DNA of 64,000 bases from positions 1 to 64,000 of the IMG/VR virus record IMGVR_UViG_3300046839_000055. One strand, 5' to 3'. The notes below the pieces were generated by a model. That model searched no databases, had not been told where the DNA came from, and worked only from the letters and a program-made list of their open reading frames with translations. Shown here piece after piece: positions 10,785-19,864 of the stretch. Origin of the DNA: a virus (Duplodnaviria; Caudoviricetes). A program made the translations under genes and the position numbers. How positions within the stretch are numbered: the stretch's first letter is position 1; the number at the start of each line of letters is the position of its first letter.

Positions 10785-11719
10785 TTCTCCTTTAACGTCT
10801 TAAAGACAACCGATTTTTCTTTTCTCCAGTCATATATCTTACAAAGCACCGCATCCGGTTCTTCTTCCGGGGCATCCGGCAGTTCCGGATATAGATCAAA
10901 CAACGACATCTGGTGGTATTCCTCATATGGCTTTCCAAGCGGAACCGTGTCCTTGAGCCCATCCATCTGCCAGATGTTCCATGCGATTTTATTTGCCACC
11001 TGCCGCAAAAGCTTTTCTTCCGGGTCTTTCTCCCAGCGTTCCGTGTAGTAGTCAATGAATGACAGCAGGAGATTCACCCGTGCGATCAGGAGATTGTCTC
11101 CCTGATATTCATATCCATAAGATGCTTCAAATGCCCGGATCGTCCATTTGAGCCATTCATCATATGTATCGGTGTTTTCATTCACAATCCTAAGCTTTCT
11201 GTCGAGCTGCCCGATTCTGTGTTTCGGCGGAACAATCAGTTCACCGGTGGAGACGTCATATCGGGACACGAGGTACGGCGCTTCACCGCAGGTGATTTCA
11301 AGTCGCCGGGAATCCACGTAATGTTTCCACGTTTTTCGCTTCGGAAACTCAATTGGATCTTCTATCACCGTCCAGGTGTGGTCATCATTTTCTGTGTTAA
11401 ATACATTTTTCCTGCCGAACCATTCCTCATCGCAGTAGTTGTTCATCATGTTACAGAGCCATGCCGGAGTGAAGACCTCTGCTTTTTTCCGGGTTCGTTC
11501 CGCCTGCGCTTCGAGTGATTTCTGAATACGCGGCTTGATGATGTCTGCATGTTTCAGAAGCAGATTCCTGTCGATCTGCTCTTTATCTGTAAATCCATAG
11601 CCGTATTCCTCGTAGGTGTCCGTCGCCCAGATGATGTTCTTCTTTGTCGATTTATCCTGAAGAAGAATATCAAGGAGCGACGCTACAGACGCACTTCCTA
11701 TATCTATTAACTTTTCCAC
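10781..11719 (-). CDS. Methyltransferase N-terminal (SAM-binding) half
   Basis: AEVFTP (motif X), RLEITCGEAPYL (motif I), YGYEYQGDNL; no NPPY; 4-nt overlap with next gene. Confidence 0.8.
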   Translation of the reverse strand: MEKLIDIGSASVASLLDILLQDKSTKKNIIWATDTYEEYGYGFTDKEQIDRNLLLKHADIIKPRIQKSLEAQAERTRKKAEVFTPAWLCNMMNNYCDEEWFGRKNVFNTENDDHTWTVIEDPIEFPKRKTWKHYVDSRRLEITCGEAPYLVSRYDVSTGELIVPPKHRIGQLDRKLRIVNENTDTYDEWLKWTIRAFEASYGYEYQGDNLLIARVNLLLSFIDYYTERWEKDPEEKLLRQVANKIAWNIWQMDGLKDTVPLGKPYEEYHQMSLFDLYPELPDAPEEEPDAVLCKIYDWRKEKSVVFKTLKEK

Positions 11720-11794
11720 TAAGACAGCGCCCCTCCTTTCTCATTCCTCTGTTATCGTCTTGTTTTTTATATGATAGGCAATGCCTGTGTTCAT

Positions 11795-12052
11795 TTACTT
11801 TTCTCCATCCTGCTCCGGTTTCTGATTCATGTCTTCTCCCGGCGTGCCCTCCTCAAGTTCCATAATATCTTCAAGCTGGCAATGTAATCCTTCGCATATT
11901 CTTACAAGAACATCCGTCGTGATATTTCCGCATTTGCCCATTTTTGCTATTGAAGCAGAGCTTAATCCGCATAACTTTCTGAGATCCTGCTTGTTCATGT
12001 CTCTGTCAATTAACAGTTTCCATAGCTTCTTATATGTAATGTGCATTTTCAA
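11795..12052 (-). CDS. Cro/C1-type (HTH_26-like) regulator, possible controller of the RM genes
   Basis: YKKLWKLLIDRDMNKQDL...SIAKMGK...LVRICEGL. Confidence 0.85.
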   Translation of the reverse strand: MKMHITYKKLWKLLIDRDMNKQDLRKLCGLSSASIAKMGKCGNITTDVLVRICEGLHCQLEDIMELEEGTPGEDMNQKPEQDGEK

Positions 12053-12060
12053 CCCTTTAT

Positions 12061-13710
12061 TCAGGCGTTATTAGCCTGCCCTTTTTTATTGAATTTCCAG
12101 CCAAACAATGACTCTGCGTCACGGTCGAGATGCAATACCTGTGTTTGTGTAAGAATCTCCTTTGTTTTAGGAGAAGCATTCTTATCAAATGCAATAAAGA
12201 TCTGTCTGCCTTTTGCCATATCCCGGTAAATTTCCATCAATTGCTCCACCACATCATTGTTCATGTTCGGATAGAAATTGGAGTCATGTATTATGAAAGG
12301 AATCCGGCCTGTTTCAAAGACAGCAAGATCAAAAAGAAGCAATCCTTCATTTCTAGAGCTTTGTCCGTTGTCATTTCCCGTATCTAACTCGTAAGATTTT
12401 GAGCTCTTTATATTGATGTAGGGCGGCACAATCTCTGTGCCAAATAGCGACCGACACAACTCCCGCATCGATTTATTGACTGGAGCAAGAACCTTGCTCA
12501 TTGTCATAACAACCAACGCATCAAGCTCTTCCTGCTTCTGCTCACTTTCCTTCTTTACTTTTTCCTTATTGTCAAATGCATCGTTCGCTTGCTGCAGCAC
12601 CTGCATCTCTGAGTTCAATTTCGAATATCGATCAAGTATGGCCTTGGCGACATTGGGAATCCTTCGGATTTCTATCTGTTCTTTTTCCAGCTGATCGATT
12701 TTTTCGTCTGCAAGAACAATCATTGCATCCACATCATTCTCACTATCCTTCAGCTGCTTACGGAGGATTTTCATCAGACCGCGATGGAAATCATCAATTT
12801 TAGAAAGCCGCTCTACATTGACATCAGGGAAGAAAGCTAGAAGATCAGAATAATCTTTAGGGAAAGATTTCTTTGTCTCTTCATAGCTTCGGTTGATTGC
12901 ATTACGCTGTGCAACCAACCGCGTTTTTTGCCGTCTGAAGTTGGATAGTTCTTCTCTTACAACTCTCAGCTGGTCCGCTTGTTCTGACGAAAGATCCAGT
13001 AGCCCTTCGCTGCTCTTCATGGCCAATTCATCCATTTCAGCTTTCAGCACTTCTATTCTTGCTGCATTTTCTTTGTACTCCGTCTTGCCTTTTGCACTCT
13101 TGATATAGGTGAACTTAACGGCATCCTGATATGTCTCATCACGCTCCTTGGCTTCCTTTGCTGTATTTCTCGGAATCTCTAATTCTTCATATTTGCCGAA
13201 AAGCTGAGACATTTTGAAGATAGCATCCTCGTCAGTTTCTCCTTTGGCTTCCTTAAATGGTTTGCTTTCATCCATCGTATCCCGATGATCTACACGAATA
13301 AATCGACTCATTGCACTGCGAAATGAAAGTCCGTATTCTGTCAGTCCATATTGCAGAGCCAGAAATTTATGGTAATTGTCAATTGTCATATCGCCATTCG
13401 GAAGTGGCTTATAGTCCTGATCGCATTGAGTTACAACTTTTTTATTATCCGTGGATCGCGTAAAATAATATGATTTTCCATCGAATTCCATTTTGAAATC
13501 AATGGAATGCTCACCGACATTATCCCGGACTGCTTTGCACTTTTTATAGTAATCGTCCCCGCCAAATACGAAATCAATTATGAGTAAAAACGTAGACTTT
13601 CCTGCAGAGTTAGTTCCTTCCTCAGTTCCTACGACGGTATTCAGCCCTTCGTGAAAAGTGATAGTCTGTATTCCTTGTCTGAATTTACTGCATCGTATTT
13701 CTTTCAACAT
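12061..13710 (-). CDS. lmuB: ABC-three-component/Lamassu SMC-like ATPase (DUF2326-type)
   Basis: Start at 13710 after AGGAGG; FHEGLNTVVG..NSAGKST Walker A, long coiled coil, C-terminal FIIHDS Walker B. Confidence 0.85.
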   Translation of the reverse strand: MLKEIRCSKFRQGIQTITFHEGLNTVVGTEEGTNSAGKSTFLLIIDFVFGGDDYYKKCKAVRDNVGEHSIDFKMEFDGKSYYFTRSTDNKKVVTQCDQDYKPLPNGDMTIDNYHKFLALQYGLTEYGLSFRSAMSRFIRVDHRDTMDESKPFKEAKGETDEDAIFKMSQLFGKYEELEIPRNTAKEAKERDETYQDAVKFTYIKSAKGKTEYKENAARIEVLKAEMDELAMKSSEGLLDLSSEQADQLRVVREELSNFRRQKTRLVAQRNAINRSYEETKKSFPKDYSDLLAFFPDVNVERLSKIDDFHRGLMKILRKQLKDSENDVDAMIVLADEKIDQLEKEQIEIRRIPNVAKAILDRYSKLNSEMQVLQQANDAFDNKEKVKKESEQKQEELDALVVMTMSKVLAPVNKSMRELCRSLFGTEIVPPYINIKSSKSYELDTGNDNGQSSRNEGLLLFDLAVFETGRIPFIIHDSNFYPNMNNDVVEQLMEIYRDMAKGRQIFIAFDKNASPKTKEILTQTQVLHLDRDAESLFGWKFNKKGQANNA

Positions 13711-13924
13711 AATGCAGCACCTCCTTCTTTTCATCGAGTTCGACACGGCCCAAGATATACAGACAATCCAGTACCTCAACAAAATCAGCAATCGGTATCT
13801 TCTTCTCGACCTTCTTATAAAGTTCTATCGGCGACATATCAATAACTCGCAATTCTTTCAGAACAGTCGGAAATTCTGCCAGTGTGCTCTTTTTATAGGG
13901 TGTAACCCTGCTTGGCATGCGCAT
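13685..13924 (-). CDS. lmuC: ABC-three-component middle component (LmuC-like)
   Basis: 79-aa gene between effector and ATPase; MRMPSRVTPYKKS...LDCLYILGRVEL. Confidence 0.75.
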   Translation of the reverse strand: MRMPSRVTPYKKSTLAEFPTVLKELRVIDMSPIELYKKVEKKIPIADFVEVLDCLYILGRVELDEKKEVLHYVERNTMQ

Positions 13925-13940
13925 ACGTAATCCTATCCTT

Positions 13941-15128
13941 TCATGAAACAGCTTCGAAAATTGCACAGTTTTGAATAAAGAAAGCTACTACGATATGACT
14001 TGCAGTGCTGTACTCGTCCTCAAGGCCATTCTTGGAGAGCATCCATTCCGCAATTTTGTCACAGATCTCCTGCTGATTCATTCCCAGATCCTTGTACTTC
14101 AGATATATCGAATTAACTTCTGACCGGATCACGTCATATTTGGTATTTGAATTGGTCCCGTCGATTGAAAAATTCTGCTCAACATACGAATAATAGTGAT
14201 TCACCCAATCCTCAACGGTTCCCTTCAGATTAAAGTTCTCTGGTGTGAATTTCTCATCCAATGTCAAAGCCTCTCGAATAGGTAGCAATTGCACAGAGGA
14301 TTTCACTTGTGAAACCGCTTTGATGACATCTACAATCTCAGTCTCAATAGTTGACTCTGATGAAATTTCCTGTTCTTTCATCATTCTGGATAGGGATTCC
14401 TTTTTTCGAAACAGGTCCTTATAAGTATCCTCAGTCGGATCCAGTAGATAATTCTCTGCACAATCCGGGCATAACGCTATCTGGTTGTCAGCACTCATTG
14501 ATTTCGCTGGTCTCGGCGCAATTGCATTGAAACTCGTCTCAAGATCTGCAGATAAATCATCCGGATATATTTTTACAACTCTATAACGATTCAGAATTTT
14601 ACCGTGGACTTTCTTCCATAATTTTTTTCCACACTGAGGGCATGTTTGATGCACCTCATGTAAGAAATAGAAGTCATTGCTTTTCACGATATATTCAGGG
14701 AGCGTATTTCGTTTTCCCAGCGCATAAAGTATTGCATCCGTGAAGAACTGTTCAAAATCGCCTGCATCATGTTCCTTTTGCAGCCTATCAACCAAATCTC
14801 CAGGTACATTCTCGTCATTTTTCATTTGCTGAAAAATTGCGAATGATGCCTGCATCTGGTTCAACGGGCTCAAATGATGCTCCAGAATCTCCTTCACTCT
14901 TGTCTTCGCATACGCAATCACGTCCTTATTATTTATTGCCGCCTGGATCGCTTCATGAACCTCATTTCTCCTTTTCACAAGATTCGTCACCATCTTGTCA
15001 TCCACATTTACATTTACCGAGTCGTGTTCCGCCACTGTATTGAGCAACATTTTCCCTGCTTCATTCTGCGATACACCCATGCAGAACTGCATTTCCTTAA
15101 TTAAAAAAGAAATATTGTACTCGCTCAT
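13941..15128 (-). CDS. lmuA: ABC-three-component effector (LmuA-like): N-terminal helical extension, HNH-like zinc domain, conserved C-terminal domain
   Basis: Start 15128 after GGAGG; CPQCG...NQIALCPDC; C-terminal IVVAFFIQNCAIF. Confidence 0.75.
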   Translation of the reverse strand: MSEYNISFLIKEMQFCMGVSQNEAGKMLLNTVAEHDSVNVNVDDKMVTNLVKRRNEVHEAIQAAINNKDVIAYAKTRVKEILEHHLSPLNQMQASFAIFQQMKNDENVPGDLVDRLQKEHDAGDFEQFFTDAILYALGKRNTLPEYIVKSNDFYFLHEVHQTCPQCGKKLWKKVHGKILNRYRVVKIYPDDLSADLETSFNAIAPRPAKSMSADNQIALCPDCAENYLLDPTEDTYKDLFRKKESLSRMMKEQEISSESTIETEIVDVIKAVSQVKSSVQLLPIREALTLDEKFTPENFNLKGTVEDWVNHYYSYVEQNFSIDGTNSNTKYDVIRSEVNSIYLKYKDLGMNQQEICDKIAEWMLSKNGLEDEYSTASHIVVAFFIQNCAIFEAVS

Positions 15129-15158
15129 ACCAGAGAACCACCTCCTCGGCAGAAAAAT

Positions 15159-15250
15159 GATTGCAATTTGAGGGCAAAACGAGAGCAAAGACTTTCAGCA
15201 TCTGCTCCATTAAACTTTTAAGTAAAGAAAGGGATCCCTTTCTTAAAAGT
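15159..15250. promoter_or_regulatory. Divergent control region: three 11-bp-phased GAnnGCAA repeats and a 20-bp perfect palindrome
   Basis: GATTGCAA/GAGGGCAA/GAGAGCAA at 15159, 15170, 15181; AAGAAAGGGATCCCTTTCTT at 15225-15244. Confidence 0.55.
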
Positions 15251-15364
15251 ATAAGTCGAGTGTATCACTTATGAGTGCAATCGTCAATTTCATCTTTACG
15301 ATTGCAAACATTTTGATCAAATTCAAAAATTGATCGTTTAGCTCACGCTTATCCTTTTTCAGTA

Positions 15365-15555
15365 AACACAGGTCACTACTGCAGAGTTTCCGGGACCTGT
15401 GTTGAACGCAACTAAATAAGAAAGCCCAGGCCACCGGAAGGACTGGGCTGCTATCGAAACGGAATCGTTTTTGACAGGCAGCCCATGTCCTTTTTTCTGT
15501 GCTTTGCTGCGCTTAGAAGCCTCCGTTTCGAACCACACGAAACGGAGGTTTCTTT
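15365..15555 (+). promoter_or_regulatory. Structured 5' leader (attenuator-like) of the phage sigma-like gene
   Basis: Several perfect stems, a T6-tailed terminator and an RBS-sequestering hairpin (see findings). Confidence 0.65.
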
Positions 15556-15951
15556 ATGCATATCAGTTACAAGTTTGCAGACGGCACTAAGAAGGATGCC
15601 GCAATGGAAGACGAGTACGGAACGTTCATCGTCGATTCCCGGAAGGAGGAGCATGCAGGCAACGAAAGAGAACGCTACCATGCAGCTTTCTCCATCGATG
15701 ATCCGGACTCTTACGAGAGTCAGAAGTTCAGCGACAGCGGCAGCAACCCGGAAGATATCTATCTTCGCAAATGCGAGAGCGAGAGCCTGTCCCGCGGACT
15801 CATGACTCTGACAGAAACACAGCGCCGTCGCCTCTTAAAGCTGGCATCTGGCAAAACCATCGCAGCCATCGCCCGGGAAGAAGGCGCTGCCTACAACACG
15901 GTAAAGGAGTCAATCAATCAGGCTCGAAAGATCATGAAAAATTTTTGCTGA
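15556..15951 (+). CDS. Sigma-70 region-4 type regulator
   Basis: C-terminal LTETQRRRL...GKTIAAIAREEGAAYNTVKESINQARK helix-turn-helix. Confidence 0.85.
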   Translation: MHISYKFADGTKKDAAMEDEYGTFIVDSRKEEHAGNERERYHAAFSIDDPDSYESQKFSDSGSNPEDIYLRKCESESLSRGLMTLTETQRRRLLKLASGKTIAAIAREEGAAYNTVKESINQARKIMKNFC

Positions 15952-15962
15952 TTTTTCTTACA

Positions 15963-16004
15963 GACCACCCTCAATATTCCCTGTCCTTTTCTGTTTAACA
16001 GTGA
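15963..16004 (+). promoter_or_regulatory. Putative phage-sigma-dependent promoter, copy 1
   Basis: GACCACCCTCAA-N12-TTTTCTGTTTA, repeated with identical spacing at 51989. Confidence 0.7.
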
Positions 16005-16039
16005 AAGGATAGGGATTCCTTTCAGAAAGGAGCTCAAAG

Positions 16040-16240
16040 ATGAATCACAACGTATCTATTTACTATTCCAAGCACCCGAGAGATGGCGGAATCGTGAACG
16101 TCCGCAAGATCACGATCCGTGAGAGGCTGCTGCGCCTGCTTCTCGGACGTCGGCAGAAGCTCACGATCATCGTTCCTGGTGATTCGGTAGAGTCTGTTGA
16201 CATCGAAGAAACGGAGGACTGCCTCGATGAAACTGTATGA
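16040..16240 (+). CDS. Small phage hypothetical protein
   Basis: AAAGGAG RBS; overlaps next gene. Confidence 0.7.
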   Translation: MNHNVSIYYSKHPRDGGIVNVRKITIRERLLRLLLGRRQKLTIIVPGDSVESVDIEETEDCLDETV

Positions 16241-16742
16241 GATCAACGCCGAGATCCTGCGGCTGACCAATGCGATCGAGTTTGATCCGGAGACCGGCGA
16301 GATCCTCGGAAGCGCGGATGACCTCTTCGAGGAGGTGGGCAAGCTCCAGATGCAGAAGAAATCCATCCTCGTCTGGCTGGCAAAGCTCGTCCTGAATCTC
16401 CGCTCCGAGGAGGCAGCCCTCAAGGCCGAGGAGGACAGGCTTAAGGCAAGACGTACACAGCTCTCCAAGAAGGAGGACAGGCTGATGAAGGTGCTGGACC
16501 GCGAATGCGCCGGAGAGAAGACAGACCTTGAAATTGCCACCTTCTCCTATCGAAAGACATCGCATCTCGATGTGGAGGATTCTGAGAAGGCTGTGCGCTG
16601 GCTCAAGCGTAACAAGTTCAAGGACTGCTTCCGCATTCCAGCACCAGAGGTTGCCAAGACCGAGGTCAAGAAACTGATTAGCTCCGGCATCAAGGTGCCG
16701 GGATGCAGTGTAGTCGAGGATTACAGCTGCTCACTCAAATAA
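16227..16742 (+). CDS. Siphovirus Gp157-family protein
   Basis: MKLYEI start after GGAGG; coiled coil; FSYRKT...KTEVKKLISSG.KVPG. Confidence 0.85.
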   Translation: MKLYEINAEILRLTNAIEFDPETGEILGSADDLFEEVGKLQMQKKSILVWLAKLVLNLRSEEAALKAEEDRLKARRTQLSKKEDRLMKVLDRECAGEKTDLEIATFSYRKTSHLDVEDSEKAVRWLKRNKFKDCFRIPAPEVAKTEVKKLISSGIKVPGCSVVEDYSCSLK

Positions 16743-16755
16743 GGAGGACATAGAC

Positions 16756-17739
16756 GTGCTGAACATCACAAAGGGAAAAATTGACCGTGCCCAGAAAACG
16801 GTCATCTATGGTCCGGAAGGCATCGGTAAAACAACGATTGCTGCTCAGTTCCCGGATCCGATTGTCATCGATACCGAAGGCGGCACCGCCTTCATGGATG
16901 TCCGAAGAATCGAGAAACCTGGGTCATGGGATGAGCTGCTTTCCATCATTAAGGAAGTCGCTGCAACGCCTGGTATCTGCAAGACCCTCGTCATCGATAC
17001 GGCGGACTGGGCGGAGCAGCTGATCGTGACCTACCTCTGCAATAAGTACAAACAGAACTCGATCGAGAGCTTCGGCTACGGCAAAGGTTACACATATCTG
17101 GCAGAAGAATTTGCACGGCTTCTCTCCGCCTGCGATCAGGTCATTGCCGCCGGAATCAATGTCACGATCACCGCCCATGCCAAGATGAGGAAATTCGAGC
17201 AGCCGGATGAGATGGGAGCCTACGACCGCTGGGAATTAAAGCTCAGTAAACAGGTAGCTCCGCTTCTTAAGGAATGGTGCGACCACCTGTTTTTCTGCAA
17301 CTACCAGACGTTCGTTGTCACCTCTGAGAACGATACAAAGAAGCCGCAGGGTGGCAAGCGCGTGATCTACACGACGCATCATCCGGCATGGGATGCAAAG
17401 ACAAGAGTCAGGATGCCAGAGATCGTGGATCTCGATTACAAGAGCATCGCCTTTATCTACGAGAAAAAGCAGCCCGCTGCCAAGAAGGAAGCCCCTGCTA
17501 CTCCGGCAGATAACCCGCCTGCAGCATCTGAAGAGAAGCCGATCGACAAACTGAAAAAGCTCATGGCAGAGGCAAATGTTACAGAAGCAGATATTCAGAA
17601 GGTTGTTGCCGGAAAAGGTCACTACGACATCTCTGCTCCCATCGACACCTACGAAGATCGCTTTATTACCGGCTGGCTCATGAAGTACTGGCCGCAGATT
17701 GTAAAACTCATTCACCCGGATCAGAAGTCCGGCAGCTAA
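16756..17739 (+). CDS. AAA_24 / Sak4-like ATP-binding recombination protein
   Basis: YGPEGIGKTT, IDTEGG, LVIDTADW. Confidence 0.85.
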   Translation: MLNITKGKIDRAQKTVIYGPEGIGKTTIAAQFPDPIVIDTEGGTAFMDVRRIEKPGSWDELLSIIKEVAATPGICKTLVIDTADWAEQLIVTYLCNKYKQNSIESFGYGKGYTYLAEEFARLLSACDQVIAAGINVTITAHAKMRKFEQPDEMGAYDRWELKLSKQVAPLLKEWCDHLFFCNYQTFVVTSENDTKKPQGGKRVIYTTHHPAWDAKTRVRMPEIVDLDYKSIAFIYEKKQPAAKKEAPATPADNPPAASEEKPIDKLKKLMAEANVTEADIQKVVAGKGHYDISAPIDTYEDRFITGWLMKYWPQIVKLIHPDQKSGS

Positions 17740-17757
17740 TCACAGGAGGATAAACAA

Positions 17758-18258
17758 ATGGCTGATTATCAGAACCCCAATATCAATGAAGGGCTGGATT
17801 GGAACGACTCTATCGAATCCGATGGAGAATTCGTCATCCTGCCTGAAGGTGACTACAACTTCACCGTCACCAATTTCGAACGTGGGCACTTCCCCGGAAG
17901 CACCAAGATGTCGCCCTGCAACAAGGCCACGCTGACCCTGCAGGTAAAGACCGACAACGGTACCGCCATCGTTCGTACCGACCTCATCTTAAACCGCGTC
18001 GTGGAATGGCGTCTCTCTTCGTTCTTCCGCTGCATCGGCCAGAAGAAGCATGGTGAGCGTCTCGTTATGGACTGGAACAAGGTCGTAGGTAGCCGCGGAC
18101 GTGCTCATTTCAAACCGCGTAATTATACCGACCGCGACGGAAATGAACGTCAAGCAAATGATGTGGACCGCTTCTATGACTATGACCCGAAGAACTTCCC
18201 TGAGGAAGACGAGTGGATGAAGCTCGACGGAAATCAGGAATCACTTCCGTTCGATTAA
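17758..18258 (+). CDS. Phage single-stranded DNA-binding protein (DUF669-like)
   Basis: LPEGDY motif, acidic tail ending LPFD, follows Sak4-like gene. Confidence 0.75.
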   Translation: MADYQNPNINEGLDWNDSIESDGEFVILPEGDYNFTVTNFERGHFPGSTKMSPCNKATLTLQVKTDNGTAIVRTDLILNRVVEWRLSSFFRCIGQKKHGERLVMDWNKVVGSRGRAHFKPRNYTDRDGNERQANDVDRFYDYDPKNFPEEDEWMKLDGNQESLPFD

Positions 18259-18270
18259 GGGAGGTGCCTC

Positions 18271-19851
18271 ATGTTTCAGCTCAGACCTTATCAGGCTGAA
18301 GCGAAACAGGCCATCCTGAATGAGTGGGATGAGGGGCATCGAAAGACGCTCCTCGTTCTTCCTACAGGATGCGGCAAGACTGTCGTATTCGCTTCGGTCA
18401 CAGAAAATCAGGTACAGAAAGGACATCGTGTCCTTATCATGGCACATCGCGGAGAGCTCCTGGAGCAGGCCGCGGATAAGTTAAAGGAAGCCGCAGGCAT
18501 TGACTCCTGTCTTGAAAAAGCAGACTCCACGAGTCTTGGGAGCTTTCTTCCGGTGACGGTCGGCTCTGTGCAATCACTTGCACAGGAAAAGAGACTGTCC
18601 AAATTTCCAGATAACTACTTTCAGGACATAGTTGTTGACGAGGCACATCATTGCACTTCCGATTCCTATCTTCGTGTCCTCAATCATTTCCCGGAAGCCA
18701 GTATCCTCGGCGTCACCGCTACTCCGGATCGAGGGGATATGAAAAACCTCGGAGATTTCTTTGATTCCAAAGCATACGAGTATTCCATGACGGATGCGAT
18801 CCGGGAAGGATATCTCTGCCCGATCAAGGCACAGCTTATTCCTTTAAATCTCGATATCACGAAGGTCGGAATTTCAAGCGGCGACTTTGCTGCCGGTGAA
18901 GTCGGATCTGCATTGGAACCATATCTCGAACAGATCGCCAAGGAAATGAAAAACTACTGCAAAGACAGAAAGACGGTCGTCTTCCTGCCGCTTATCGCAA
19001 CGAGCCAGAAATTCTGCCGGATGCTAAACGATGTGGGCCTTAAAGCTGCAGAAGTAAACGGCAATTCCGATGACCGCGCCGAGGTCTTGAAAGACTTTGA
19101 AGACGGTAAATATGACGTTCTCTGCAACTCGATGCTTCTTACCGAGGGCTGGGACTGCCCGTCTGTGGACTGTATTGTGATCCTTCGTCCGACGAAAGTC
19201 CGTGCTCTCTACCAGCAGATGGTTGGACGCGGTATGCGGTTATTCCCCGGAAAAGAAAGCCTGCTGCTTCTTGACTTTCTCTGGATGACCCAGCGACACG
19301 ACCTCTGCAAGCCTTCGTCCCTGATCAGTAAGGATGACGTGATTGCAAAGAAAATCGACCGGCAGATGCAGGAAAACACTGACGGTATTGATCTTATCGA
19401 TTCCGAGGAACAGGCCGAGCGTGATGTTCTGGCAGAGCGTGAAGAATCACTCGCGAGGCAGCTTGCGGAGATGCGCGGCAGGAAACGGAAGCTCGTGGAT
19501 CCGATCCAGTATGCCTTATCTATCGCAGCCGAGGATCTGGCCAATTATGAGCCGACCTTTGCTTGGGAGATGGCACCGCCCTCACAGAAACAGATTGAAT
19601 TCTTGGAGCGCCGCGGAATCTTCCCGGAGGCTGTCACCAATGCCGGTATGGCATCAATGCTGATCGACAAGCTGAAGCGCCGTCAGGAAGCCGGGCTTGC
19701 TACTCCAAAACAGATCCGCTGCCTTGAGAGATTCGGCTTCCGTCAGGTAGGCACATGGCAGTTTTCTGCTGCAAACAGCATGATCTCGGAACTTGCCAAC
19801 AATCACTGGCGCGTGCCTTACGGAATGACGCCTGCTCTCTACAGGCCATAA
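18271..19851 (+). CDS. DEAD/DEAH-box helicase
   Basis: LRPYQ, LPTGCGKT, DEAHH, TATP, QMVGRG. Confidence 0.95.
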   Translation: MFQLRPYQAEAKQAILNEWDEGHRKTLLVLPTGCGKTVVFASVTENQVQKGHRVLIMAHRGELLEQAADKLKEAAGIDSCLEKADSTSLGSFLPVTVGSVQSLAQEKRLSKFPDNYFQDIVVDEAHHCTSDSYLRVLNHFPEASILGVTATPDRGDMKNLGDFFDSKAYEYSMTDAIREGYLCPIKAQLIPLNLDITKVGISSGDFAAGEVGSALEPYLEQIAKEMKNYCKDRKTVVFLPLIATSQKFCRMLNDVGLKAAEVNGNSDDRAEVLKDFEDGKYDVLCNSMLLTEGWDCPSVDCIVILRPTKVRALYQQMVGRGMRLFPGKESLLLLDFLWMTQRHDLCKPSSLISKDDVIAKKIDRQMQENTDGIDLIDSEEQAERDVLAEREESLARQLAEMRGRKRKLVDPIQYALSIAAEDLANYEPTFAWEMAPPSQKQIEFLERRGIFPEAVTNAGMASMLIDKLKRRQEAGLATPKQIRCLERFGFRQVGTWQFSAANSMISELANNHWRVPYGMTPALYRP

Positions 19852-19864
19852 GGAGACTTTGGAT

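Noticed and set aside
11795-12052. HTH gene as the prophage CI repressor
   Set aside because: Embedded in the defence operon directly before the methyltransferase, lacks a peptidase domain and is 3.5 kb from the divergent promoter; better read as an RM controller, though not excluded
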